From an uncultured Gammaproteobacteria bacterium (GTDB lineage: Bacteria > Patescibacteriota > Microgenomatia > CAZETR01 > Amesbacteraceae): a stretch of DNA of 39,952 nt. Made by a program: the position numbers and the translations under genes. The notes under the pieces are model-generated. The model made no database searches. It was given only the letters and a program-made list of their open reading frames with translations, and was not told where the DNA came from. Below, one piece after another: positions 10,394-18,241 of the stretch; positions within the stretch are counted from its first letter, which is position 1, and every line of letters begins with the position of its first letter. The stretch covers positions 1-39,952 of the forward strand of contig CAYHNU010000003.1 of the NCBI GenBank assembly GCA_964358085.1. Reading direction: 5' to 3'.

Positions 10394-11476
10394 GTGATCA
10401 AGGCCCTGGCAGTAATAATCATCCTAATATCCTCTCTTCTTGTCTTGCGTAGAGTAGTTCTTCGCCGGGGTGCAGTTACCCAAGTAACTCCGACTCCCCA
10501 AACCAACCAACCGTCAAAATTTACATTAAAGAAAACAGGAGTCACTCCTGCTCCTCAAACCAAGTCCACCGCCAATCCTTTCGGAGTCATGATTTCCGGA
10601 AACACCTCGCAGATCAAAGCCCAGACCGCGGTTAAATTAGGCGCCAAGTATTACCGCCCCATTTCAGTATTTCTAGATAAATGGTCAGGTGCTTGTGCAG
10701 AGTGCGATGCAGCGGTTTCCTCCGGGTTAAAACTTATATTGACCATCAGAAATAATGGCGGTCAACAACAACCCACCACCCCTCCCACAGACTGGAATAA
10801 ATACAAGAGTACATTGTCCCAAATTGTAGATAAATATAGGCCTGAAGTCCTCGTGATTGAAAATGAAGAAAACTCTCAAGCATTGTTTTATACCGGTACC
10901 TCCCAGCAATATCTCCAAGAACTCAAAGCCGGCTGTGAAGTAGCCCACCAAAAAGGGATTAAATGTGCAAACGGGGGTTTAGTCAGTTCACTAGTGGCCT
11001 CACTTGTAGCCGATAGCTATAAACAGTCAGGAAATCAAAATAAAGCCAACGAGTACCTCACCCGAACATTGGGATCTAAAGATCCATCCATTACGACCTC
11101 GATTAATTCGCCCAAAGCTCAAGAACAAATCGCCAGAGGCAAAGAGCTTGTGGCCGGTTATAAAGCAACCGGCGCAGATTTCATGAACTTTCACTGGTAT
11201 ATTGCAGACACCAACGCCCTTGGTGAGGCTGTAAGTTACCTCCGCACTGCGTCAGGCCTTCCTGTCATGACCAATGAAGTCGGTCAACAAAAAAACACCG
11301 ATCCCAACCAAGTAACCAACATCATGCAAAAGATCGTCGACTTGAAATTACCGTACGCAGTCTGGTTTAGTATCGACGTTCAAGGCTACGGTGGTGCCAC
11401 CGGACTGGCAGACAAAGACGGCAATCTCCGCCCCAACGGCGACGCCTACGCCTCCTTCATCAGTTCAAACTACTAG
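10394..11476 (+). CDS. Membrane-anchored putative clan GH-A glycoside hydrolase
   Basis: N-terminal TM, Pro/Thr linker, IENEEN (acid/base-like), NFHWY, VMTNEVG (nucleophile-like); start uncertain (10358 vs GTG 10394). Confidence 0.6.
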   Translation: MIKALAVIIILISSLLVLRRVVLRRGAVTQVTPTPQTNQPSKFTLKKTGVTPAPQTKSTANPFGVMISGNTSQIKAQTAVKLGAKYYRPISVFLDKWSGACAECDAAVSSGLKLILTIRNNGGQQQPTTPPTDWNKYKSTLSQIVDKYRPEVLVIENEENSQALFYTGTSQQYLQELKAGCEVAHQKGIKCANGGLVSSLVASLVADSYKQSGNQNKANEYLTRTLGSKDPSITTSINSPKAQEQIARGKELVAGYKATGADFMNFHWYIADTNALGEAVSYLRTASGLPVMTNEVGQQKNTDPNQVTNIMQKIVDLKLPYAVWFSIDVQGYGGATGLADKDGNLRPNGDAYASFISSNY

Positions 11477-11480
11477 TTTT

Positions 11481-11657
11481 TTAGGAGTCGCTTGAGGTAT
11501 CGACAGTAGGTTTTGGTTTTGGTTCTATATTTGTAGTATAGGCCCATTCGCTTAATTGCTGAAGTGCCCAAACAGTATCTCTCCACCAACACATTTCGAC
11601 ATTACAATTTTTTGGGTCACACATTGCCTGTTTTGCTTCACAAAATTGTTCCGCCAT
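11481..11657 (-). CDS. 58-aa Cys-rich orphan protein (not in ORF track)
   Basis: MAEQFCEAKQAMCDPKNCNVEMCWWRDTVW...; upstream TTGTAA-17bp-TAAAAT with extended TG, 9 nt before ATG. Confidence 0.55.
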   Translation of the reverse strand: MAEQFCEAKQAMCDPKNCNVEMCWWRDTVWALQQLSEWAYTTNIEPKPKPTVDTSSDS

Positions 11658-11709
11658 AGGAGAGCTATTTTAACAAAACATCGCACGATTTACAACTATA
11701 GGTTATTTG

Positions 11710-11781
11710 TGACTCGTGCGAGAATCGAACTCGCATTTGGTGGATGAAAGCCACCTGGCCTAACCATTAGCCGAACGAGCC
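11710..11781 (-). tRNA. tRNA-Glu(UUC)
   Basis: Acceptor GGCTCGT/ACGAGTC, anticodon arm GGTGG-ctTTCat-CCACC, GTTCGA T-loop. Confidence 0.93.
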
Positions 11782-11787
11782 GTAATG

Positions 11788-11859
11788 TGAGGCGGCTGGG
11801 ACTCGAACCCAGAACCCACAGCTTAAAAGGCTGGTGCTCTACCATTGAGCTACCGCCCC
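11788..11859 (-). tRNA. tRNA-Lys(UUU)
   Basis: GGGGCGG/CCGCCTC acceptor, TAGCTCAATGGTAGAGC D-arm, CAGC-ctTTTaa-GCTG, GGTTCGAGTCC. Confidence 0.95.
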
Positions 11860-12101
11860 AAGATTAGATACAACCACTCCCTGCCATGATGAGATTTCAA
11901 GAACTTTTCTCGAAACATAGCTTGGGATCTAGTTTCAAATTGTTCTTGATAAATTATTTTCCAGGGACCAGCATTAATTTTTGTAAAGGAACGCTTGCTC
12001 GCAGCCAATTCGCCGTTGTGCCTTTTTAGACGTACGGTCAAATTGCCAGTTTGCCCAATGTATATTTTACTACCGTTTGATATTACATACACGTAATACA
12101 C
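11850..12101 (-). CDS. Small GIY-YIG nuclease family protein
   Basis: YYVYVI...IYIGQT.NL..RLKRHN..GPWKIIYQE.F.TRSQAM.REKFLK. Confidence 0.9.
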   Translation of the reverse strand: MYYVYVISNGSKIYIGQTGNLTVRLKRHNGELAASKRSFTKINAGPWKIIYQEQFETRSQAMFREKFLKSHHGREWLYLILGR

Positions 12102-12147
12102 AGCTTAAAAGTCCGGCTAGCCGGATCTACCATTGAGCTACCGCCCC
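12099..12147 (-). pseudogene. Duplicated 5' half of tRNA-Lys(UUU) carrying a palindrome
   Basis: GGGGCGGTAGCTCAATGGTAGA-[TCCGGCTAGCCGGA]-CTTTTAAGCTGTG matches the intact tRNA except for the 14-nt palindrome (12112-12125) replacing GCACCAGC. Confidence 0.88.
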
Positions 12148-12165
12148 TCACTGTCTAATTATACC

Positions 12166-12804
12166 TTAGAAACAGCGGGTGGATTTTCTGTAGCCGGCGG
12201 CCCGGGCATCCTTCTCGGTGCAAAACCACTCTTCTCCCCGGTATTTTTCCACAATCACTGTTTTATATTGAGCACAGTTGGGTAAGTGATATATCTTCTC
12301 ACCCTTATTTACCCACTCGCCCACAATATTCCCTTTGATATTACATTTTGGATTATCTGTATTTTGATATTGGTAACATTGCTCACCATACACGCCCTTT
12401 TTGTCGATTTGATTTTGGTCATCGATAGCCTTTAGCTTCTCGTGATTCGGAATGGTCGTTGAGCCATAGGTTACCCAGGCGGTTTTTAATAATTCCTCAT
12501 CTACCCAAGAGTTGCCCTTGTAAACCGTAGCCACCGTTCTCCCGTTAACATCTCTCACTTGAGCATCTATTTTCACTCTTTTTCCTAAGACCAGCTTTTC
12601 TAATTCTTTTTTTGCCTGCTCTCCACCGCAAAAAGCCAGTTCCGGTGCATCCAGTGAATCAAAGCGCACCACATTTTTATCTTCGGTTACAAAAGTATCC
12701 CCATCCAACACTTTAGTTACCAGTTGTCCTTCAGACTTGCGGTTTCCCAGCAAGTAGAAATTTAAAAGAACCGATCCAGCCAAAAGCAGCCAAAGAGGCT
12801 TCAT
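12166..12804 (-). CDS. Thermonuclease (SNase) family protein with C-terminal Cys-containing domain
   Basis: VTKVLDGDTF, VRF..LDAPE, DVNGRTVA; CNIKGNI..YHLP.C..Y..EEWFCTE..A.AAGYR; N-terminal hydrophobic segment. Confidence 0.85.
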   Translation of the reverse strand: MKPLWLLLAGSVLLNFYLLGNRKSEGQLVTKVLDGDTFVTEDKNVVRFDSLDAPELAFCGGEQAKKELEKLVLGKRVKIDAQVRDVNGRTVATVYKGNSWVDEELLKTAWVTYGSTTIPNHEKLKAIDDQNQIDKKGVYGEQCYQYQNTDNPKCNIKGNIVGEWVNKGEKIYHLPNCAQYKTVIVEKYRGEEWFCTEKDARAAGYRKSTRCF

Positions 12805-13397
12805 ACATTAATTTTTACCGGCATCCCGGGTAATAAGTCCTTTTTGTCACCTTCGATTTCCATATCCACCACGAAATGTCCCTGTGAAACAGGCACCGGA
12901 GTTCTCCCGGATTTTATAAATTTGTCCACGTCTTTGGCCTCAATCTCAATCCTGTAAACCAATGTGTCCATGTCAACAACCACAAACGGATTGGAAGCCG
13001 ACGAAACGTAAAGCCCTGGCCGCAGACCGCCTGCAGACTTGACGATCCCATTAACTGGGCAAAATATATCTGCCATATCCAGTTTGAATTTGGCCAGTTC
13101 TACGTCTTTAACTGCTACATTTAATCTCGCCTGTTCTCCGGTCTTTAAATATCTGTCTGTGTCACTTCCACCCAGTTTCTTGGCCGCAATTTCAAATTCC
13201 GCCCGGACGCGCTCAAAATCCGCTAACTGCCGATCCAGTTCTGCCTGCAGCATTTTCCGGTCTAGGCTGGCCAGCAAATTGCCTTTACTTACTCTGTCTC
13301 CTGCTTTCTTAGCCACGACTGACACTTTTCCAGAGTATGCGAACCTGACCTCAATTTCCTCGGCCCATGTCACCGCCTCATATTTGTCCATGGCCAT
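12801..13397 (-). CDS. HlyD/RND membrane-fusion (lipoyl-hybrid) family protein
   Basis: SGKV....KAGDRVSKGNLLASLD, coiled coil, IFCPVNGIV, LLPGMPV. Confidence 0.75.
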   Translation of the reverse strand: MAMDKYEAVTWAEEIEVRFAYSGKVSVVAKKAGDRVSKGNLLASLDRKMLQAELDRQLADFERVRAEFEIAAKKLGGSDTDRYLKTGEQARLNVAVKDVELAKFKLDMADIFCPVNGIVKSAGGLRPGLYVSSASNPFVVVDMDTLVYRIEIEAKDVDKFIKSGRTPVPVSQGHFVVDMEIEGDKKDLLPGMPVKINV

Positions 13398-13414
13398 GGT
13401 AACATCATATCACG

Positions 13415-13912
13415 ATGAAAATATTGGGAATAGATCCGGGAACAGCTACCACTGGGTTCGGGGTAATTGAGACCACGCCCGAAGGATACATCCTTCTGGA
13501 TTACGGCCTGGTGTCCACCGATAAAAAGCAGGCCCACGGGTTACGCCTGGATCTTATCTACAAGGGAATTTCCGCTGTCATCACCAAACACTCTCCAGAA
13601 GTAGTGGCCATAGAACGCTTATTTTTTGCCACCAACGCACTCACCGCCATTGCCGTCGGTCAGGCCATCGGAGTTATTAAGTTGGCTGTTCATCATGCCG
13701 GTCTGCCTATTTTTGATTACGCTCCCATGCAGGTCAAGTTAGTAGTCGGCGGAAGCGGCAAAGCTGACAAAATTCTCATGAAAAAAACTATCAAGAAAAT
13801 GTTCAAGATTAGGGAGAAAAAAGGCCAGAAGACGCATTTTGATAACTCTGCGGATGCCTTGGCCATCGCTATTTGCCATGCTAAAAAAACTTCTCCTGTT
13901 CTTCGTCATTAG
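13415..13912 (+). CDS. ruvC: Holliday junction resolvase RuvC
   Basis: ILGIDPG...TGFGVI, VAIERLFF, YAPMQVK..V.GSGKADK, ADALAIAICH. Confidence 0.96.
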   Translation: MKILGIDPGTATTGFGVIETTPEGYILLDYGLVSTDKKQAHGLRLDLIYKGISAVITKHSPEVVAIERLFFATNALTAIAVGQAIGVIKLAVHHAGLPIFDYAPMQVKLVVGGSGKADKILMKKTIKKMFKIREKKGQKTHFDNSADALAIAICHAKKTSPVLRH

Positions 13913-14291
13913 CGCGAGTGCAATCGGATGGCTCAATCGGCCCCACCAACTTTCCGTCGGATCCGTGACCATTAATATCGAAATCGCCGATACTGAAAAC
14001 AAGCGTCAACAAGGCCTGTCAAATCATACGAACCTTTCAGATCAATCCGGTATGCTATTTATTTTTCCCCAACCCGGCCGCCACAGTTTCTGGATGAAAG
14101 ACATGAATTTCCCTTTGGATTTCATTTGGATTAGGGACGGACAGGTAGTCCAAATTTCAACCAACATTCCGACCACCCAGCCTCCGGTAACTCTCACCCC
14201 GGACCAGCCGGTAGACCAAGTTTTGGAAGTCCCTGCTGGATTTATAGACAAATATGGTATAAAAGTAGGTGATGATGTTCGGAGGAGGTGA
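13878..14291 (+). CDS. DUF192 family protein
   Basis: EIADT..KRQQGLS, GMLFIF, FWMKDMNFPLDFIWI, VLEVPAG; start placed at MLKKLLL. Confidence 0.85.
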   Translation: MLKKLLLFFVISASAIGWLNRPHQLSVGSVTINIEIADTENKRQQGLSNHTNLSDQSGMLFIFPQPGRHSFWMKDMNFPLDFIWIRDGQVVQISTNIPTTQPPVTLTPDQPVDQVLEVPAGFIDKYGIKVGDDVRRR

Positions 14292-14545
14292 GGCGTATAT
14301 CTAATCTCAAAGTCGGGGTCGTCACCCATTATTACGACAAGATCGGTGTAGCAGTAGTTGACCTGACCAGCGCACTTCATACTGGTGACGTCATTAAATT
14401 TTCCGGGTCCACAGATTTTTCCCAAACAGTCACATCTCTCCAAGTCGAGCACGAAAAGATCGCATCGGCCAAAAAAGGGGACACAGTTGGGTTGAAAGTG
14501 GACCAGTCCGTCAAACCCGGAGACGATGTTCTCAAAACCGCTTAA
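14288..14545 (+). CDS. Small beta-barrel protein (U32 peptidase C-terminal / EF-Tu domain II-like)
   Basis: VGVVTHYYDKIGVAVV, L.TGDVI, F.QTVTSLQ, AKKGD.VGLKV. Confidence 0.7.
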   Translation: MRRISNLKVGVVTHYYDKIGVAVVDLTSALHTGDVIKFSGSTDFSQTVTSLQVEHEKIASAKKGDTVGLKVDQSVKPGDDVLKTA

Positions 14546-14547
14546 GT

Positions 14548-14946
14548 ATGCAATTGTCCCCGGCTCCCGATATCAGTCGGCGGATGTCCCGTCTGGTCAA
14601 AAATCTGGACCTTCCGCACATCCGCGCTGCCAACTTAATTTGTTTCCGCAGCACTGGATCCACCGGCCGGGCCCGAGCTAGAATTTGGAGCCTGCCCAAA
14701 ATTTGGCAAATGGCGCTATCTGTAGAAGCGCATTACTGCATAGAAGTCATCTCCGAAAAATTCGACAATTTGTCTCTCGACGACCAAGAACGGACCTTAA
14801 TTCACGAGCTGCTGCACATTCCCAAAAACTTCTCCGGCGCCTTGGTTCCCCACCGCAACCACAAACACCGCTCGTTCAGACATTACCATGATAAAGTAGA
14901 AACATTATTTCAAATGCTGAAAAACGTTGATACTTCACGGCGATAA
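14548..14946 (+). CDS. Putative HExxH metallopeptidase (phage metallopeptidase-like)
   Basis: ARIWSLPKIWQ, YCIEVISEKF, LIHELLHIP. Confidence 0.75.
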   Translation: MQLSPAPDISRRMSRLVKNLDLPHIRAANLICFRSTGSTGRARARIWSLPKIWQMALSVEAHYCIEVISEKFDNLSLDDQERTLIHELLHIPKNFSGALVPHRNHKHRSFRHYHDKVETLFQMLKNVDTSRR

Positions 14947-15469
14947 TCAAGTAGCATCCCGGCAAGCGCTGCTGGCAGCCAAAGAAGGGAAACCCACGTT
15001 AGAATTTATGGGTTCAGATCTATCTTTGGACCAGCTGGTCAACGCTGTTGAAACAAACTCCCTTTTTGGCCAAGCCAACACCGTGATTATCGAAGGGCTT
15101 TTCTCCCAACGCCCAAGTACCAACAAAAAAGTAATTATTGAGTACCTGGAATCCCACCAGGATTCAGACATTATTATTTGGGAAGGCAAAGACGTCACTT
15201 CCCAGCTCAAAAACATCACATCTGTCAAGATCTTTGATTTACCCAAATATATCTTCAGTTTTCTGGACAGCCCCACAATTTCAGGTTTGCACCAAGTGTT
15301 GCAAACAATGCCGGCGGAGCAAATTATGGCCAGTTTAGCCACCCGGGCCCACAAACGCGCCAATACCAAGTGGCTGCAAGAACTCTTGGCCATCGACTAC
15401 AAGCTAAAAACCGGTGCCCTGCCCTACGACTTGGCTACAGCTCTCGAGCTATGGTGTGCTAAACTTTAA
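14927..15469 (+). CDS. Probable reduced DNA polymerase III delta subunit (HolA-like)
   Basis: ILHGDN, SLFG...VIIE, IIIWEGK, IFSFLD, LLAIDYKLKTG. Confidence 0.6.
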   Translation: MILHGDNQVASRQALLAAKEGKPTLEFMGSDLSLDQLVNAVETNSLFGQANTVIIEGLFSQRPSTNKKVIIEYLESHQDSDIIIWEGKDVTSQLKNITSVKIFDLPKYIFSFLDSPTISGLHQVLQTMPAEQIMASLATRAHKRANTKWLQELLAIDYKLKTGALPYDLATALELWCAKL

Positions 15470-15472
15470 TCA

Positions 15473-15883
15473 ATGCCCAATAAACTCTTCGGGACCAACG
15501 GTATCCGTGGTCCGGCTGACACTCTATTCACCAAGCAATTTTGTGTAAAACTGGGAGCAACTTTTGGCTCCTGGCTCAAATCCAAAGGTAAAGAAGGGTA
15601 TGTAGCCATCGCTTGTGATCCACGAGCTTCCAGTCCCTTCATCAAACGTCATATTATCCAAGGATTGGCTTCCCAAGGCTGGGAGATTTTAGACGAAGGT
15701 GTTGTTCCCACACCCGCCCTAACTTACTTTGTAAAACAATCTCCGGCGGTCGGCGGGGGAGTCATGGTCACCGGCAGCCACATTGCCGAAGGCCTAAACG
15801 GCGTCAAGTTATTTATTGATGGTGAGGAGGTCACCAAAGCCCATGAACTGGAAATCGAGCAGCAGTTCAACTCCGATAATTAA
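15473..15883 (+). CDS. Phosphohexomutase (PMM/PGM/GlmM) domain I, separated from remainder by a frame change
   Basis: KLFGTNGIRG, DPRASS, VPTPAL, VTGSH (phospho-Ser loop), NGVKLF. Confidence 0.85.
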   Translation: MPNKLFGTNGIRGPADTLFTKQFCVKLGATFGSWLKSKGKEGYVAIACDPRASSPFIKRHIIQGLASQGWEILDEGVVPTPALTYFVKQSPAVGGGVMVTGSHIAEGLNGVKLFIDGEEVTKAHELEIEQQFNSDN

Positions 15884-17807
15884 GTACGAAAACACCGCCA
15901 AAGAACTATATATAGAGATGTTAAAAAAATTGGCGAATACTCCATATCCAAAATGGAAAATAATTACCGACACCGCCAATGGTACCCAAACCCAAATTAT
16001 CAAAGACTTGCTCTTAGACCTAAAACTGGACTTTATCTGCACCGGCGATTGTGATATTCAATCACCGGAATTTATTCCCCGGGACACCGAAGCCCCCGGG
16101 GCCTTCGCCGAACTGGCCCGTCAGGTACTGCTCCAAAAAGCCGATCTGGGCTTCGGGTTCGACGTAGATGGGGACCGGATAATTTTTATAGATAATCAAG
16201 GTCGGTATCTTCCCGGCGATTATTCTTGTAGTTTAATTGCCCAAAGTGAAAAATCCAAAAACGTCGTCACCCCCATTAGTACCAGCTCGGTTATTGATTC
16301 AATTGGTAAAACTGTTCACCGCACTCCCGTCGGAGCGACACACGTGATCTCGAAAATGAAAGAGGTCGGTGCCGCATACGGTTTTGAACCCAACGGTGGA
16401 GGCATAAGCTCCGAAATCTTTTACGGCCGCGACGGCGGCACGACTTTAATCAAAATGCTCAATTTACTAAAAAAAAGCAAAAAAACATTGGCCGAGCTGT
16501 ACGACTCATTACCTAAATATTATTTATTCAGGGATAAAATTGATTGTCCGTTTGATAAATACGACTTCATTTATAACACCGTTCGTGAGAAATACTCCCA
16601 AATAAATGATCTGGACGGCATAAAAGTAGATTTAGGTCACGAAGAATGGATTTTATTTAGAGGGTCTGGTAATGCTCCCGAATTCCGGGTTTTTGTCCAA
16701 AGCCCGGACGAAAAACGGGCCCAAAAGTTAGGCCGGGAGGGACTTGATTTAGTCAGGAGTTTATTGAATGGGGTCCGACCCCATGCAACGGTCCAAAGAC
16801 TAGACACCTTAAATATTCTGGGATCAATCCAAGCCCTGCCGGATCAATGTGCCCAGGTCATCTCTGAAATAGCCCAAGCTTCAGTCCCTCCCAGCTGCAA
16901 TCTAGTAAACAATATTATTATTTCCGGAATGGGCGGTTCAGCCTTGGGTGGCCGGGTCATAGCAAGTCTGGAACGTCAAACTCTGCGGGTTCCCATCACA
17001 GTTTCTACTGAATATCACTTACCAAATTTTGCCAACGAAAAAACTCTGGTAATTATCTCCAGTTATTCAGGGGAAACAGAAGAAACCTTGACCGCTCTAG
17101 CCGAAGCCCGTTCCCGTGGATGTCAAATTTTCGTGCTTACTACAGGGGGAAAATTAGGCGAGTTGGCCAAACAATTTAGCCTTCCGCACTATCTTTTGAA
17201 CCCCCAACACAATCCTTCCCGGCAACCGCGTATGAGTTTAGGCTACGAAGTTACGGCCATGTTGGTCCTTTTGGCCCGTTGCCAGCTTATTCACCCCTTA
17301 AAAGAACTTTCCCGTCTTCCCAATTTTCTTCGATCTCGTCAGCCAGATTTATCTAGCATCCAGCATTTAGCATCTAGTCTCGTCGGTAAAATCCCCGTCA
17401 TAATAGTGAGCGAACATCTCAAAGGAGCCGTCCACGCCATGAAAAACCAACTCAATGAAAACGCCAAAACTTTTGCTGTGGTTTTCGATTTGCCCGAAGC
17501 CAATCACCATTTAATGGAAGGGCTGGCTCATCCGCCCTCCAATCCCGAAAATTTAGCGGTTGTTCTGGTCGACTCGCCCCACTATCATCCCGAAGTCCGC
17601 AAGCGCTACCCGCTTACCCGAAAAATTATTGAAAAACACCATATCCCCATCTTCGATTTTCCTCTGGCTGGCCCCAACCCGGTTTTCGAAGCTTTAGACG
17701 TGATTCAATCCGGCGCGTACCTGGCATATTACTTGTCCCAAGAATACGGCATTGACCCCGGCCCCATTCCTTGGGTAGACTGGTTTAAGGATGAACTCCG
17801 AAATTAA
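15816..17807 (+). CDS. Phosphohexomutase domains II-IV fused to bifunctional PGI/PMI (SIS)
   Basis: DTANG, FDVDGDRI, GFEPNGG, FRGSGNAPEFRV; then SGMGGSALGG, SYSGETEET, NENAK, PEANHH. Real start uncertain. Confidence 0.85.
   Translation: MMVRRSPKPMNWKSSSSSTPIIKYENTAKELYIEMLKKLANTPYPKWKIITDTANGTQTQIIKDLLLDLKLDFICTGDCDIQSPEFIPRDTEAPGAFAELARQVLLQKADLGFGFDVDGDRIIFIDNQGRYLPGDYSCSLIAQSEKSKNVVTPISTSSVIDSIGKTVHRTPVGATHVISKMKEVGAAYGFEPNGGGISSEIFYGRDGGTTLIKMLNLLKKSKKTLAELYDSLPKYYLFRDKIDCPFDKYDFIYNTVREKYSQINDLDGIKVDLGHEEWILFRGSGNAPEFRVFVQSPDEKRAQKLGREGLDLVRSLLNGVRPHATVQRLDTLNILGSIQALPDQCAQVISEIAQASVPPSCNLVNNIIISGMGGSALGGRVIASLERQTLRVPITVSTEYHLPNFANEKTLVIISSYSGETEETLTALAEARSRGCQIFVLTTGGKLGELAKQFSLPHYLLNPQHNPSRQPRMSLGYEVTAMLVLLARCQLIHPLKELSRLPNFLRSRQPDLSSIQHLASSLVGKIPVIIVSEHLKGAVHAMKNQLNENAKTFAVVFDLPEANHHLMEGLAHPPSNPENLAVVLVDSPHYHPEVRKRYPLTRKIIEKHHIPIFDFPLAGPNPVFEALDVIQSGAYLAYYLSQEYGIDPGPIPWVDWFKDELRN
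16764..16788. repeat. REP-like palindrome at the PMM/PGI domain junction
   Basis: ttg-a-atggggtc-c-gaccccat-g-caa, translated as LNGVRPHA. Confidence 0.65.
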
Positions 17808-17835
17808 CCTAATTTCTAATTAACCTAATTAATCT
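17802..17835. repeat. 9-mer array, left arm of inverted repeat around four-helix gene
   Basis: aattaacct aatttct aattaacct aattaatct. Confidence 0.8.
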
Positions 17836-17840
17836 AAATA

Positions 17841-18230
17841 ATGACTGAATATAATCTGGAAGAAAGAACAGCAAAATTCGGCGAGAACGTTATTCTTTTT
17901 TGCAATCGATTACCCAGGAACGAAGTGACAAAGCCACTTATCACTCAACTAGTCAAGGCAGCTACCAGTGTAGGAGCTAATTACGGCGAGGCAGACGACG
18001 CTGAAAGTCGTGACGACTTTAAGCATAAAATCGGAATTAGCAAGAAAGAAGCCAGAGAATCAAAACACTTTTTGCGGATGATTGCCACAGCTCTACCAGA
18101 ATTCAAAAATGAAGCAAGGATACTTTGGAGTGAAGCTAAAGAATTAAATCTGATATTTAATGCAATTTACAAAAAGGTCGGGTCTAAGAAAATTGGTCAT
18201 TCCTTAGACCAATTAGGTCAATTAGAATAA
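17841..18230 (+). CDS. Four helix bundle protein (23S rRNA IVP / bAvd-like family)
   Basis: LEERT..F, QLVKAATSVGANYGEA, S..DFKHKIGISKKEARES.HFL, EAKELNLIF. Confidence 0.9.
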   Translation: MTEYNLEERTAKFGENVILFCNRLPRNEVTKPLITQLVKAATSVGANYGEADDAESRDDFKHKIGISKKEARESKHFLRMIATALPEFKNEARILWSEAKELNLIFNAIYKKVGSKKIGHSLDQLGQLE

Positions 18231-18241
18231 TTAGGTCAATT
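18211..18241. repeat. 9-mer array, right arm (inverted)
   Basis: aattaggtc aattagaat aattaggtc aatt; reverse complement closely matches 17802-17830. Confidence 0.8.

Noticed and set aside
11556-11747. 63-aa plus-strand ORF (and 38754-38936)
   Set aside because: They overlap tRNA genes, have no recognisable motifs, and the opposite-strand ORFs have promoter support.
12099-12147. Intron-split or functional second tRNA-Lys
   Set aside because: The downstream copy is a complete tRNA; the upstream half lacks a T-arm and 3' acceptor, and its anticodon stem is disrupted.
17841-18230. Complete diversity-generating retroelement
   Set aside because: An Avd-like fold is present, but no reverse transcriptase or TR/VR pair was seen in this window.
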